A stretch of 53,072 nt of DNA from an uncultured Planctomycetia bacterium (GTDB lineage Bacteria; Omnitrophota; Gorgyraeia; Duberdicusellales; 4484-171), in contig CAZHVO010000001.1 of assembly GCA_964536195.1 (NCBI GenBank), forward strand, positions 1 through 53,072, in the 5' to 3' direction. The notes under the pieces are model-generated. The model searched no databases and was not told the origin of the DNA. It saw only the letters and a list, made by a program, of their open reading frames with translations. Within the stretch, counting starts at the first letter, position 1; every line of letters starts with the position of its first letter. Made by a program: the position numbers and the translations under genes. Of the stretch, positions 17,710-25,637 are shown piece after piece.

Positions 17710-19158
17710 ATGAGCGGAATTTTTGGTGTAGTTTCGAAGGAAGATTGCGTAGATACTTTGTTTTATTGTACCGATTACCACTCTCATCTAGGAACTGAAT
17801 ATGGAGGCATGGCAGTTCTTGGTGATGAATTCCAACGCCAGATTCATAAGATATCCCAGAGTCAATTCAAGTCAAAATTCTATGACGATTATCAACATAT
17901 GAAAGGTAACAAAGGCATTGGCGTTATTAGTGCTCTTGAAGAGCAGCCGATATATTTGAGCTCTAAGTTTGGCCCTTTTTGTATAGTTACCAATGGATTT
18001 GTCGAGAATAAGTCAGATTTAATAGCAGGTCTTTTTAGAAAAGGAGTGTCCTTTGCTGAGGTAAGTAAAGGCGGGGCCAATGACACAGAGCTTATAGCAA
18101 AGCTTATAAGTCAGGGTGATGACTTGGTAGATGGTATCGAGAAGATGCTCGATCAGATTAAGGGTTCTTGTTCACTATTATTGCTACATAAAGATGGAGT
18201 CTACGCCGCCAGGGATAGATTTGGCTATACTCCTCTTGTAGTGGGGAAGCGTAATGGTGCTGTGGCTGTTACTTCTGAAACTTGTGCTTTTCCTAATAGT
18301 AATTTCGAAGTAGTTAAGTATTTAGAGCCCGGCGAGATAGTTTTAATAAACGAAAAAGGCATGAACCAAAAAAAGCCCGGCAGAGACATAAATCAAATTT
18401 GTGCTTTTCTTTGGATTTATACAGGATTTCCGGCCTCAAGTTATGAAGGGGTAAATACCGAGGTAGTAAGAGAGAGGTGCGGACGGGCCTTAGCTAAGCA
18501 TGATAAAGATATTAACGTAGATGTAGTTTCCGGGGTTCCTGATTCAGGTACTGCTCATGCTATAGGGTATGCTATGGAAAGCGGTAGCCCCTATCGGCGA
18601 CCATTAATAAAATATACTCCTGGGTACGGAAGAAGCTATACTCCACCTTCTCAAGAAACACGCGATTTAGTTGCCAAGATGAAACTTATTCCTATAAAGG
18701 AGATAATTGAAGGCAATAAAATTGTTGTTTGTGATGACTCTATAGTGAGGGGAACCCAGCTTAAGAATTTTACTATAAAGAAGCTTTGGGATTATGACGC
18801 TAAGGAAGTTCATGTAAGATCGGCTTGTCCACCCTTGATGTTTCCTTGCCGATTTAATCTATCAACACGCAGCATTAATGAACTTGCTGCTAGAAAAGCT
18901 ATTCGCAGTATTGAAGGTTATGACTTAGAAGATGTCTCTGAATACACTGATTACAACTCTGAAAAATACAAAAAAATGATAAAGTGGATCGCTAAAGACT
19001 TGGGAGTTACCACCCTTAGGTATCAGACTGTGAATGATATGGTTGAAGCTATTGGTTTACCTAAAGAGAGACTTTGTCTCTATTGTTGGACCGGCGGATG
19101 TCCGCAAAAGCAAGGATGTGAAGGTGGCTGCTGCTCAACCGCTCAAGAAGCAAAATAA
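17710..19158 (+). CDS. Amidophosphoribosyltransferase (PurF)-like class-II amidotransferase/PRTase with Ser in place of the N-terminal Cys nucleophile
   Basis: MSGIFGV N-terminus (AGC codon at 17713-17715). Contains SGVPDSGTAHAIGYA, the PRTase motif VVCDDSIVRGTQ, and Cys positions equivalent to the Bacillus PurF 4Fe-4S ligands (ICAF, FPCRF, CLYC). Confidence 0.75.
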   Translation: MSGIFGVVSKEDCVDTLFYCTDYHSHLGTEYGGMAVLGDEFQRQIHKISQSQFKSKFYDDYQHMKGNKGIGVISALEEQPIYLSSKFGPFCIVTNGFVENKSDLIAGLFRKGVSFAEVSKGGANDTELIAKLISQGDDLVDGIEKMLDQIKGSCSLLLLHKDGVYAARDRFGYTPLVVGKRNGAVAVTSETCAFPNSNFEVVKYLEPGEIVLINEKGMNQKKPGRDINQICAFLWIYTGFPASSYEGVNTEVVRERCGRALAKHDKDINVDVVSGVPDSGTAHAIGYAMESGSPYRRPLIKYTPGYGRSYTPPSQETRDLVAKMKLIPIKEIIEGNKIVVCDDSIVRGTQLKNFTIKKLWDYDAKEVHVRSACPPLMFPCRFNLSTRSINELAARKAIRSIEGYDLEDVSEYTDYNSEKYKKMIKWIAKDLGVTTLRYQTVNDMVEAIGLPKERLCLYCWTGGCPQKQGCEGGCCSTAQEAK

Positions 19159-19187
19159 GGTATTGTAGAACTTAAAGTTAGTAAGAT

Positions 19188-19226
19188 AATAGCGCTTTTG
19201 TCTGTTAAGATGAAAGCGCTATTTTT
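19188..19226 (+). terminator. Intrinsic terminator after the purF-like gene
   Basis: A perfect 11-bp stem (AATAGCGCTTT / AAAGCGCTATT) with a 14-nt loop, followed by TTTTT. Confidence 0.8.
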
Positions 19227-19530
19227 ATGTTAAAGAAACCCCCTCCCTAAAAGGGAGAGGGCCCGTGGCATTTGATCCCTCGAAAGGAATCCTTATTAAA
19301 GCATAACACCCTTTTTACTTGTCTCGCAAGGGTTTATAAATCTTTTTTTGAAATCGTTTTCATTGGGAAACGGCTCTAAAACCTCACAGTAGGTCCTATT
19401 AACTAGACCTAGATAGAAGAAAAAATAGTCGCTGTACCTATAAACCGTTTCTATTAGTCATCTTTAACCTATTCTTATTTGACATAGAGGAAGAGAGCGT
19501 GGTATAAAAAAGATAGATAGGGAGGGGTCT

Positions 19531-19983
19531 ATGTTAATAGGGCCACAAAAAGTAAGTAAAAATAGGCATTTTGTGAGAGGGAGAAAGGGATTTACACTTA
19601 TGGAGCTGGTAATCGTAGTGGTTATCATAGCCATTTTGGCTGCTATCGGTCTTCCTCATTACTTCCGGGCAATCAGGAAGGCAAAGATAGGAAAGCCAAG
19701 GGGAAACTTAGGAGAAATTAGAAAAGTGCAGTTGGCTTTCGAAGCAGTTACCGGGTCCTGGATCGTGATGCCTCTTAGCCAAACTGTTTCTTTGCAGGTT
19801 GACCTCGATGATGCCGAACAAGACAATGATCACACAACTGGTACTGATATCCGGTTATCCTTTTTTGATAGGGATTATACTTATGTTCGAGCCGGTGATG
19901 TTGTTATTGCTGCACCGGTGAATGCAGCATCAGGTTTACCCACCAACACTCTGAATTTAAGAACTGGTGTAGTTAATTGGTAA
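19531..19983 (+). CDS. Prepilin-type N-terminal cleavage/methylation domain protein (type IV pilin / T2SS pseudopilin-like)
   Basis: RKG|FTLMELVIVVVIIAILAAIGLP class-III signal with Glu at +5. Strong SD (GGGAGGGG). No assembly genes lie nearby. Confidence 0.8.
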   Translation: MLIGPQKVSKNRHFVRGRKGFTLMELVIVVVIIAILAAIGLPHYFRAIRKAKIGKPRGNLGEIRKVQLAFEAVTGSWIVMPLSQTVSLQVDLDDAEQDNDHTTGTDIRLSFFDRDYTYVRAGDVVIAAPVNAASGLPTNTLNLRTGVVNW

Positions 19984-20016
19984 TAAAAATTTGATACAAC
20001 TGGTTTAATATTTCCC

Positions 20017-20045
20017 TTTACAAGTTAATATGGGCATTGTATAAT
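20017..20045 (+). promoter_or_regulatory. Putative sigma70 promoter of hisG (TTTACA-17-TATAAT)
   Basis: TTTACA at 20017-20022 and TATAAT at 20040-20045. The repeat array begins about 10 nt downstream. Confidence 0.45.
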
Positions 20046-20054
20046 TCTCCATTA

Positions 20055-20181
20055 GATCCTTCGGCTTCGCCTGACTGTTGTCAGGCTTCGCTCAGGATCA
20101 ATTCGATGCTTCGAGAATACTCAGCATCGACCCTGAGCATTGTCGAATGGGTCGACTACAGTCCGCCTTCGGCGAACTAAG
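20055..20181. repeat. Composite of three family-1 GC-rich palindromic repeat modules filling the hisG 5' leader
   Basis: Module 1 is 20055-20099 (GATCCTTCGG...GCTCAGGATC, with an inner GCCTGAC/GTCAGGC hairpin). Module 2 is 20105-20151 (GATGCTTCGA..CTCAGCATCGACCCTGAGC..GTCGAATGGG). Module 3 is 20152-20181 (TCGAC..CGCCTTCGGCG). Confidence 0.75.
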
Positions 20182-20196
20182 TTTCATTGAACAGAT

Positions 20197-21072
20197 ATGG
20201 CAATATTAAAATTAGGAATACCTAAAGGAAGCCTGCAGGAGAAGACATTAGAACTTTTGCGTATGGCCGGTTTCAATGTTTACCTAAGCTCACGGTCATA
20301 TTTCCCTTCTATCGACGATGACGAGATTGAAGTTGTGCTTATTAGGGCCCAGGAGATGTCTCGTTACGTTGAAGAAGGAGTCTTAGACTGTGGTATTACC
20401 GGTGAAGATTGGATTTTAGAGAATGGCTCAAGTGTTCTGAAATTATCCCAGTTACCTTATGCTAAGCAAACGCTTAACCCGGTAAGATGGGTAGTTGCAG
20501 TAAGAGAGGATTCCCGAATAAAGAAACTAAAGGATTTAAAAGGCAAACGGGTAGCCACAGAGCTATTAAAGTATACTAAGAGATTTTTTAAGGCTAAAAA
20601 GATAGATGTAGACATAGAGTTTAGTTGGGGCGCTACTGAAGTTAAGGTAAAAAGCGGTCTAGTTGATGCAATAGTTGAGCTTACCGAGACTGGCACAAGT
20701 CTGCGAGCTAATGGTTTAAAGATAATCGATACGGTATGTACTTCCACTACTCAGTTTATTGCTAATAAGTCTTCTTATGGAAGTAAGTGGAAGAAGAAAA
20801 AGATGCAGCAGGTTTTATTGCTTCTTAAAGGAGCCTTAGAAGCTAGAGCTAAAGTTGGTCTTAAGCTAAATGTTAAAAAGGAGAATCTGGATAAGGTCTT
20901 ATCTATTCTTCCAGCATTGAAGAAGCCAACGATTTCTCATCTAACCTTAAAGAATTGGGTTGCTTGTGAGGTTATTGTCGAAGAGAGCCAAGTACGTAAA
21001 ATTTTACCTTTATTGAAGGAAAATGGGGCCCAAGGGATAATAGAGTACCCCTTAAATAAAGTTATCTATTAG
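20197..21072 (+). CDS. hisG: ATP phosphoribosyltransferase, long form
   Basis: LKLGIPKGSLQEKTLELLRMAGF N-terminus, LVDAIVELTETGTSLRANGL motif and a C-terminal regulatory domain. 291 aa. Confidence 0.9.
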   Translation: MAILKLGIPKGSLQEKTLELLRMAGFNVYLSSRSYFPSIDDDEIEVVLIRAQEMSRYVEEGVLDCGITGEDWILENGSSVLKLSQLPYAKQTLNPVRWVVAVREDSRIKKLKDLKGKRVATELLKYTKRFFKAKKIDVDIEFSWGATEVKVKSGLVDAIVELTETGTSLRANGLKIIDTVCTSTTQFIANKSSYGSKWKKKKMQQVLLLLKGALEARAKVGLKLNVKKENLDKVLSILPALKKPTISHLTLKNWVACEVIVEESQVRKILPLLKENGAQGIIEYPLNKVIY

Positions 21073-21094
21073 CATATAGACTACGGGAGTAAAC

Positions 21095-21184
21095 ATGCCT
21101 TGTGGAAAGAAAAAGAAGCTAAAAAAAGTAAAAAGACACTGGTTTAAAAAAAGAAGAAAGCAGCAAAGGCATAAGTCTAAATAA
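21095..21184 (+). CDS. Unannotated 29-aa Lys/Arg-rich protein, possibly ribosomal bS22 / AURKAIP1-COX24-like
   Basis: ATG 21095 lies behind GGGAG with a 5-nt spacer. The peptide is MPCGKKKKLKKVKRHWFKKRRKQQRHKSK. It is too short for the ORF track, and its composition resembles small basic ribosome-associated peptides. Confidence 0.45.
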   Translation: MPCGKKKKLKKVKRHWFKKRRKQQRHKSK

Positions 21185-21190
21185 TCATCA

Positions 21191-22159
21191 ATGAGATTTT
21201 TTCTGATTTTCATTATTTCATGTCTCATCGCGCCTTTATCTTTCCCCCAAAGTCAAAAGGCTCTTACTAATCTCTATAGTAATTACATAAAAGGACTTCT
21301 TTACGCTGAAAAGGGAGAATACCTTAAAAGCTTAGAAGAGTTAGAGCGTGCTAAGACTGGCGACCCTCAATCTATTCATATCCGTTTAAAAATTGCTTCA
21401 GTTCTGATTCGCTTAGAGCGTCTTGATGAAGCCGAAGTAGTATTAAAAGAAGCTAAAGAAATTGATCCTGAGAACTTGGACCTTTCTTTGGCCCTAATTT
21501 TTGTTTACTCATATGGCCAGAGGGATGAAGATCTGGAGACTGAATATGAGATTTTTTTGAAAAAAGCTCATGATGAAAAACCTAAAGATATAGGTATATC
21601 TGAATATCTAGCCCAATTCTATTTTTACAAGAAGAGGCCTCAGGAGGCAATTGACGTATACGAGAAGATTTTAGAAAGCAACCCTGATTATGTCGAAGCA
21701 CTTTTTTGGTTAGGTTATCTTTATGAAGATTGCGGCCAACGCGGCAAGGCTTTAAAAACATGGGAGAGAGGAGCAGATCTTGATTCTTCTTTTGCCCCAA
21801 TTTTGAATTGCTTAGGTTATACTTATGCTGAAGAAGGAATTAAACTTGACCAGGCTGAAGAAATGGTAAAAAAAGCCTTAGAGGAGGAGCCGGAAAACGG
21901 AGCCTATCTAGATAGCTTAGGTTGGGTTTATTATAAGAAGGGAGACATAGAGAAGGCTAAGGAGTATACTCTTAAAGCTGTAGACTTGATTAAAGATCCT
22001 GACGTATATGAACATCTCGGAGATATTTATATTAGCTTGGGTAATCAAGAGGAGGGGGTTCGTTACTATCAAGAAGGACTTTTGCGTTTCCCCGGCGATA
22101 AAGGCTTAGAATTAAAACTTAAAAAATATGGAAAAGAAGATAAGTTTCCTAAAAGATAA
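21191..22159 (+). CDS. Secreted TPR-repeat protein
   Basis: N-terminal signal peptide (MRFFLIFIISCLIAPLSFPQ), then several 34-aa TPR-like repeats (for example AYLDSLGWVYYKKGDIEKAKEY). Confidence 0.7.
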   Translation: MRFFLIFIISCLIAPLSFPQSQKALTNLYSNYIKGLLYAEKGEYLKSLEELERAKTGDPQSIHIRLKIASVLIRLERLDEAEVVLKEAKEIDPENLDLSLALIFVYSYGQRDEDLETEYEIFLKKAHDEKPKDIGISEYLAQFYFYKKRPQEAIDVYEKILESNPDYVEALFWLGYLYEDCGQRGKALKTWERGADLDSSFAPILNCLGYTYAEEGIKLDQAEEMVKKALEEEPENGAYLDSLGWVYYKKGDIEKAKEYTLKAVDLIKDPDVYEHLGDIYISLGNQEEGVRYYQEGLLRFPGDKGLELKLKKYGKEDKFPKR

Positions 22160-22961
22160 GGCTAATACAATCAGAAAACTGATTATTGAGATGTTAGCTG
22201 AGGCTAAGAGTGGGCATCCCGGAGGGTCTCTTTCAGCTACAGAGATTATTGCTTGTCTTTACTTTGAAGTTATGCGCCATAATCCTAAGGATCCTGATTG
22301 GTTAGAAAGGGATAGGTTTCATCTTTCTAAAGGGCATTGTTGTCCGGCTGTTTATTCTAGCTTAGCTTTGAGCGGATATTTTTCTGTTGAGGAGTTGATG
22401 AAGTTAAGAAAAATTGGTTGTCTTCTTCAAGGCCATCCTGATCGAAATATTCCCGGGATAGAAGTAGCTAGTGGATCTTTGGGCCAGGGCTTATCGGTTG
22501 CTTGTGGCATGAGTATGGCTGCTAAGATAGATAAGAAAGATACCCGAGTCTATTGTCTTATGGGTGATGGTGAGCTTCAAGAGGGGAATATTTGGGAAGC
22601 AGCAATGTCAGCAGCTCATTTTAAACTAGATAATCTTTGCGGGATCGTCGACTACAATCACTTTCAGATTGATGGACGAATTGAGGAAATAATGGATTTA
22701 GCGCCTCTGGCCGATAAATGGAAATCTTTTGGTTGGCATGTTATTCAATGCGATGGGCATAGCATAGAAGAATTACTTAGTGCATTCCAAGAAGCAAGGA
22801 CAATTAAACAAAAGCCAGCGATAATTATCGCCCAGACAGTTAAAGGAAAAGGGGTGTCTTTCATGGAACACGTAGTTGATTTCCACGGAAGAGCTCCTAC
22901 CAATGAGGAAAAAGATATTGCTTTAAGTGAACTAGAAAAAAACGACAAAGGGCAAGAGTAA
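22128..22961 (+). CDS. Transketolase, N-terminal (TPP-binding) subunit of a split enzyme
   Basis: SGHPGGSLS, GSLGQGLSVA and GDGELQEGNIWEA TPP-binding motifs. 277 aa. Confidence 0.9.
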   Translation: MEKKISFLKDKANTIRKLIIEMLAEAKSGHPGGSLSATEIIACLYFEVMRHNPKDPDWLERDRFHLSKGHCCPAVYSSLALSGYFSVEELMKLRKIGCLLQGHPDRNIPGIEVASGSLGQGLSVACGMSMAAKIDKKDTRVYCLMGDGELQEGNIWEAAMSAAHFKLDNLCGIVDYNHFQIDGRIEEIMDLAPLADKWKSFGWHVIQCDGHSIEELLSAFQEARTIKQKPAIIIAQTVKGKGVSFMEHVVDFHGRAPTNEEKDIALSELEKNDKGQE

Positions 22962-23890
22962 TGGAGAAATTATATACCCGCGATGCTTACGGAAAGACAC
23001 TTCTGGAATTAGGCAAGAAGCATAAGGATTTAGTTGTTCTAGATGCTGACCTTTCTGGTTCAACACGTACTGCTTTTTTTGGCCGAGAATTTCCCGAGAG
23101 GTTTTTCAATTGTGGTGTTGCTGAGCAGAATATGATGGCTACTGCTGCTGGTTTAGCTAGCTGTGGTAAAATTGTTTTTGTTTCTACCTTTGCTATGTTT
23201 GCTACTGCTCGGGCACTTGATCAAGTAAGAAATACAATCTGCTACAATAACTTCAATGTTAAAATTGTGGCTACCCATGGGGGAATAACTGTCGGTGAAG
23301 ATGGAGCGTCGCATCAGGCCTTGGAGGATGTTAATCTTTTCAGGGCAATCCCTAATATGAAGATAATCATGCCTGCCGATGCGCCACAAACTAGAGAAGC
23401 AGTTATCACAGCCTATCAAACTCCCGGACCTTTTTACATTCGTTTAGGCCGTTCAAAAATTCCTACCCTTCAAAAGAAGAGCGATTTTGTCTTTGGGAAG
23501 GGGCAGATAATCGAAGAGGGCAAAGATTTAGCAATAATTACCTGTGGTATTATGGTTAATGAGTCACTAATGGCAAGAGAGATTCTAGGAAAGAAAGGAA
23601 TTTCGACAACAGTGGTAAATTTTCATACTATAAAACCGATTGATGAGGATTTATTGGTAAGTATTGCTAAGAAGCATAAGAAGATTCTTGTCTGCGAAGA
23701 GCACCAGATTACCGGTGGTCTCTTTTCAGCTGTTTCTGAGGTGCTGATTCGCAAATACCCGACGCAACTAAAGCCCATAGGGATAGAGGATGAATTTGGT
23801 CAATCCGGTTCACCTCAGGAGTTGATGGATTTTTATGGCCTCTCCGCTAGTAATATCGCTGAAAAAGCACAAGAGTTTTTGCGGCAGTAA
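22961..23890 (+). CDS. Transketolase, C-terminal (pyrimidine-binding) subunit
   Basis: FNCGVAEQNMM and GEDGASHQALEDV motifs. The start overlaps the previous stop (TAATG). Confidence 0.9.
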   Translation: MEKLYTRDAYGKTLLELGKKHKDLVVLDADLSGSTRTAFFGREFPERFFNCGVAEQNMMATAAGLASCGKIVFVSTFAMFATARALDQVRNTICYNNFNVKIVATHGGITVGEDGASHQALEDVNLFRAIPNMKIIMPADAPQTREAVITAYQTPGPFYIRLGRSKIPTLQKKSDFVFGKGQIIEEGKDLAIITCGIMVNESLMAREILGKKGISTTVVNFHTIKPIDEDLLVSIAKKHKKILVCEEHQITGGLFSAVSEVLIRKYPTQLKPIGIEDEFGQSGSPQELMDFYGLSASNIAEKAQEFLRQ

Positions 23891-24728
23891 GATTAAAATT
23901 TTAAGTCCGGCCAAAATAAACCTTTACCTTAATATAAAAGGAAAGTATTCCGGTGGGTTCCACCGGCTAGAGAGCATTGTCGAGCGTATCTCTTTGTGCG
24001 ATCAGATTTCAGTTAGGATAACTAAAATCCCAGTAATAAAATTATCATCAAACCTCAAGAAGCTTGAAACCGACGATAATCTTGTATTTAAAGCTGCCCA
24101 ACTCTTGAGGAAGAAATTTAAGATTCCTTTCGGCTTTGATATTTTTCTCCAAAAAAGAATCCCTATAGGCGCTGGTTTAGGGGGAGGCTCATCCAATGCT
24201 GCTTCTACTCTTCTAGGGTTAAACCAGCTCCTTGATTTAAGGCTAAAAAGAGAGGAGTTTTACTCATTAGGCAGTCAACTCGGCAGCGACGTTAACTTCT
24301 TTCTTTCCCAGAGTCAATTTGCTTTTCTTACCGGTAGAGGCGAGAAGGTAACTCCTTTGAAGACTGGTAATAAATTCAACCATTTTATTATCTGGCCGGG
24401 CATATCTATATCTACTAAAAGGGTTTATACTGGTATGAGAGTAAAATTGACAAAATTTTTTAATAATGCTAATATAATGCGGTATGCTTTAAAGAAAGGT
24501 GATCTCCCTTTAATTAAAAAGAGCATTTTTAATGCTTTAGAAAAGAGAGCCCTTTCGCTTTATGCTGAGTTAGGACGAGTGAAAATGTACTTGGAGAAAA
24601 GAGGTATCTTCGCAAAAATAACCGGCTCAGGCAGTGCTTTTTATACAGTCGGTAATGCTATCTCTTTACCTGGGATAAGGAGATTAGTACCTAAAGAGTG
24701 GGCTGTATTTAGAGTCAACACTTTTTAA
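23835..24728 (+). CDS. ispE: 4-diphosphocytidyl-2-C-methyl-D-erythritol kinase
   Basis: SPAKINLYLNI and the GHMP kinase motif PIGAGLGGGSSNAAS. The only in-frame ATG gives a 56-nt overlap with the transketolase gene, so the start is uncertain. Confidence 0.85.
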   Translation: MASPLVISLKKHKSFCGSKIKILSPAKINLYLNIKGKYSGGFHRLESIVERISLCDQISVRITKIPVIKLSSNLKKLETDDNLVFKAAQLLRKKFKIPFGFDIFLQKRIPIGAGLGGGSSNAASTLLGLNQLLDLRLKREEFYSLGSQLGSDVNFFLSQSQFAFLTGRGEKVTPLKTGNKFNHFIIWPGISISTKRVYTGMRVKLTKFFNNANIMRYALKKGDLPLIKKSIFNALEKRALSLYAELGRVKMYLEKRGIFAKITGSGSAFYTVGNAISLPGIRRLVPKEWAVFRVNTF

Positions 24729-24758
24729 GGCACCTGGTAAGAAAAGGAGGTAGGTTCT

Positions 24759-25184
24759 ATGGAGATCACAGAAGTCAGAGTTTCTCTTCGAGAAAGTGAG
24801 GGCAAGAGACTTAAGGCTTATGCAACAATTACCTTTGATAACTCCTTTGTGGTGAGAAACATCAAAGTTATTGAAGGCAACAATGGTTTATTTGTTGCAA
24901 TGCCAGCAAGGAAGCTAAAGCAATTTTGTCCTCGTTGCGGCAAAAAGGTTGATGTTGGTAGTCAATACTGTAACCATTGCGGAGTACAATTACCTCCTCC
25001 TCCTCGGGAATCAGAAGATAGCCGACACACTACTCATCAAGATTTAGCACATCCTATTAACCAGGAATTTCGTGATTACTTGCAGAGTAAGGTTTTGGAT
25101 GCTTATCACGATGAGAAAGCAGCGCCGAAAGAAGGGCCGGCCAAGGAAAAGGCTACGGCAGGAGAAGAAAACAAAGAAGAATAG
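24759..25184 (+). CDS. spoVG: SpoVG family protein with an inserted CxxC...CxxC zinc-ribbon and a charged tail
   Basis: MEITEVRV...GNNGLFVAMPARK and HPINQEFRDYLQSKVLDAYH match SpoVG. FCPRCGKKVDVGSQYCNHCG is inserted between these two segments. Confidence 0.85.
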   Translation: MEITEVRVSLRESEGKRLKAYATITFDNSFVVRNIKVIEGNNGLFVAMPARKLKQFCPRCGKKVDVGSQYCNHCGVQLPPPPRESEDSRHTTHQDLAHPINQEFRDYLQSKVLDAYHDEKAAPKEGPAKEKATAGEENKEE

Positions 25185-25194
25185 TCTAAAATTC

Positions 25195-25266
25195 TGCCCG
25201 GTAGTGTAATCGGTAACACATCAGCTTTTGGAGCTGACTTTCCTGGTTCGAGTCCAGGCCGGGCAA
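25195..25266 (+). tRNA. tRNA-Gln (anticodon UUG)
   Basis: Manual cloverleaf fold. The acceptor stem is TGCCCGG/CCGGGCA and the anticodon stem TCAGC/GCTGA with loop TTTTGGA (anticodon TTG). The T arm is CCTGG-TTCGAGT-CCAGG. 72 nt, no encoded CCA. Confidence 0.85.
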
Positions 25267-25368
25267 TGCTTCGACTCGCCCTTCGGGCTCGCTCAGTATA
25301 GACGAATGAATTCCTTAGGCGAGGAGAAGTATCCTGAGCAACCGAGCGAAGCGAGGGAGTCGAAGGAT
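25267..25368. repeat. Family-1 GC-rich palindromic repeat, long copy (two inverted half-units)
   Basis: CTTCGACTCGCCCTTCGGGCTCGCTCAG and its imperfect inverse CTGAGCAACCGAGCGAAGCGAGGGAGTCGAAG. The repeat abuts the tRNA 3' end and ends 5 nt before the GIY-YIG ATG. Confidence 0.75.
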
Positions 25369-25373
25369 AATAT

Positions 25374-25637
25374 ATGTGGTTTGTATATATTCTAAAATGC
25401 AGAAACGATGATTTATATACAGGTATTACCGATAATCTTCAGCGAAGATTCGATGAACACAAATCTGGTAAAGGTGGACATTTTACCAGGTCTTTCGGTG
25501 CAGAAGAGATTTTGTATTCAGAAGAGCACATGAATAAATCGTCTGCCTTAAAGCGTGAAGCCCAAATCAAAGGTTGGACAAGAAAAAAGAAACTAGCGTT
25601 AATCGAAGGTGACTTGGAATTATTAAAAAAATTATAA
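25374..25637 (+). CDS. Stand-alone GIY-YIG nuclease domain protein (YhbQ/UPF0213-like)
   Basis: 87 aa. Contains the FVYILKC..LYTGITDNLQRRFDEH..G (GIY...YIG) motif and REAQIKGW.RKKK. Confidence 0.85.
   Translation: MWFVYILKCRNDDLYTGITDNLQRRFDEHKSGKGGHFTRSFGAEEILYSEEHMNKSSALKREAQIKGWTRKKKLALIEGDLELLKKL

Noticed and set aside
20055-20181. CRISPR-like array, given the repeated GC-rich units.
   Set aside because: The units are of unequal length, are imperfect, occur in both orientations and have no regular spacer periodicity or cas genes. They behave as REP/MITE-like palindromes.
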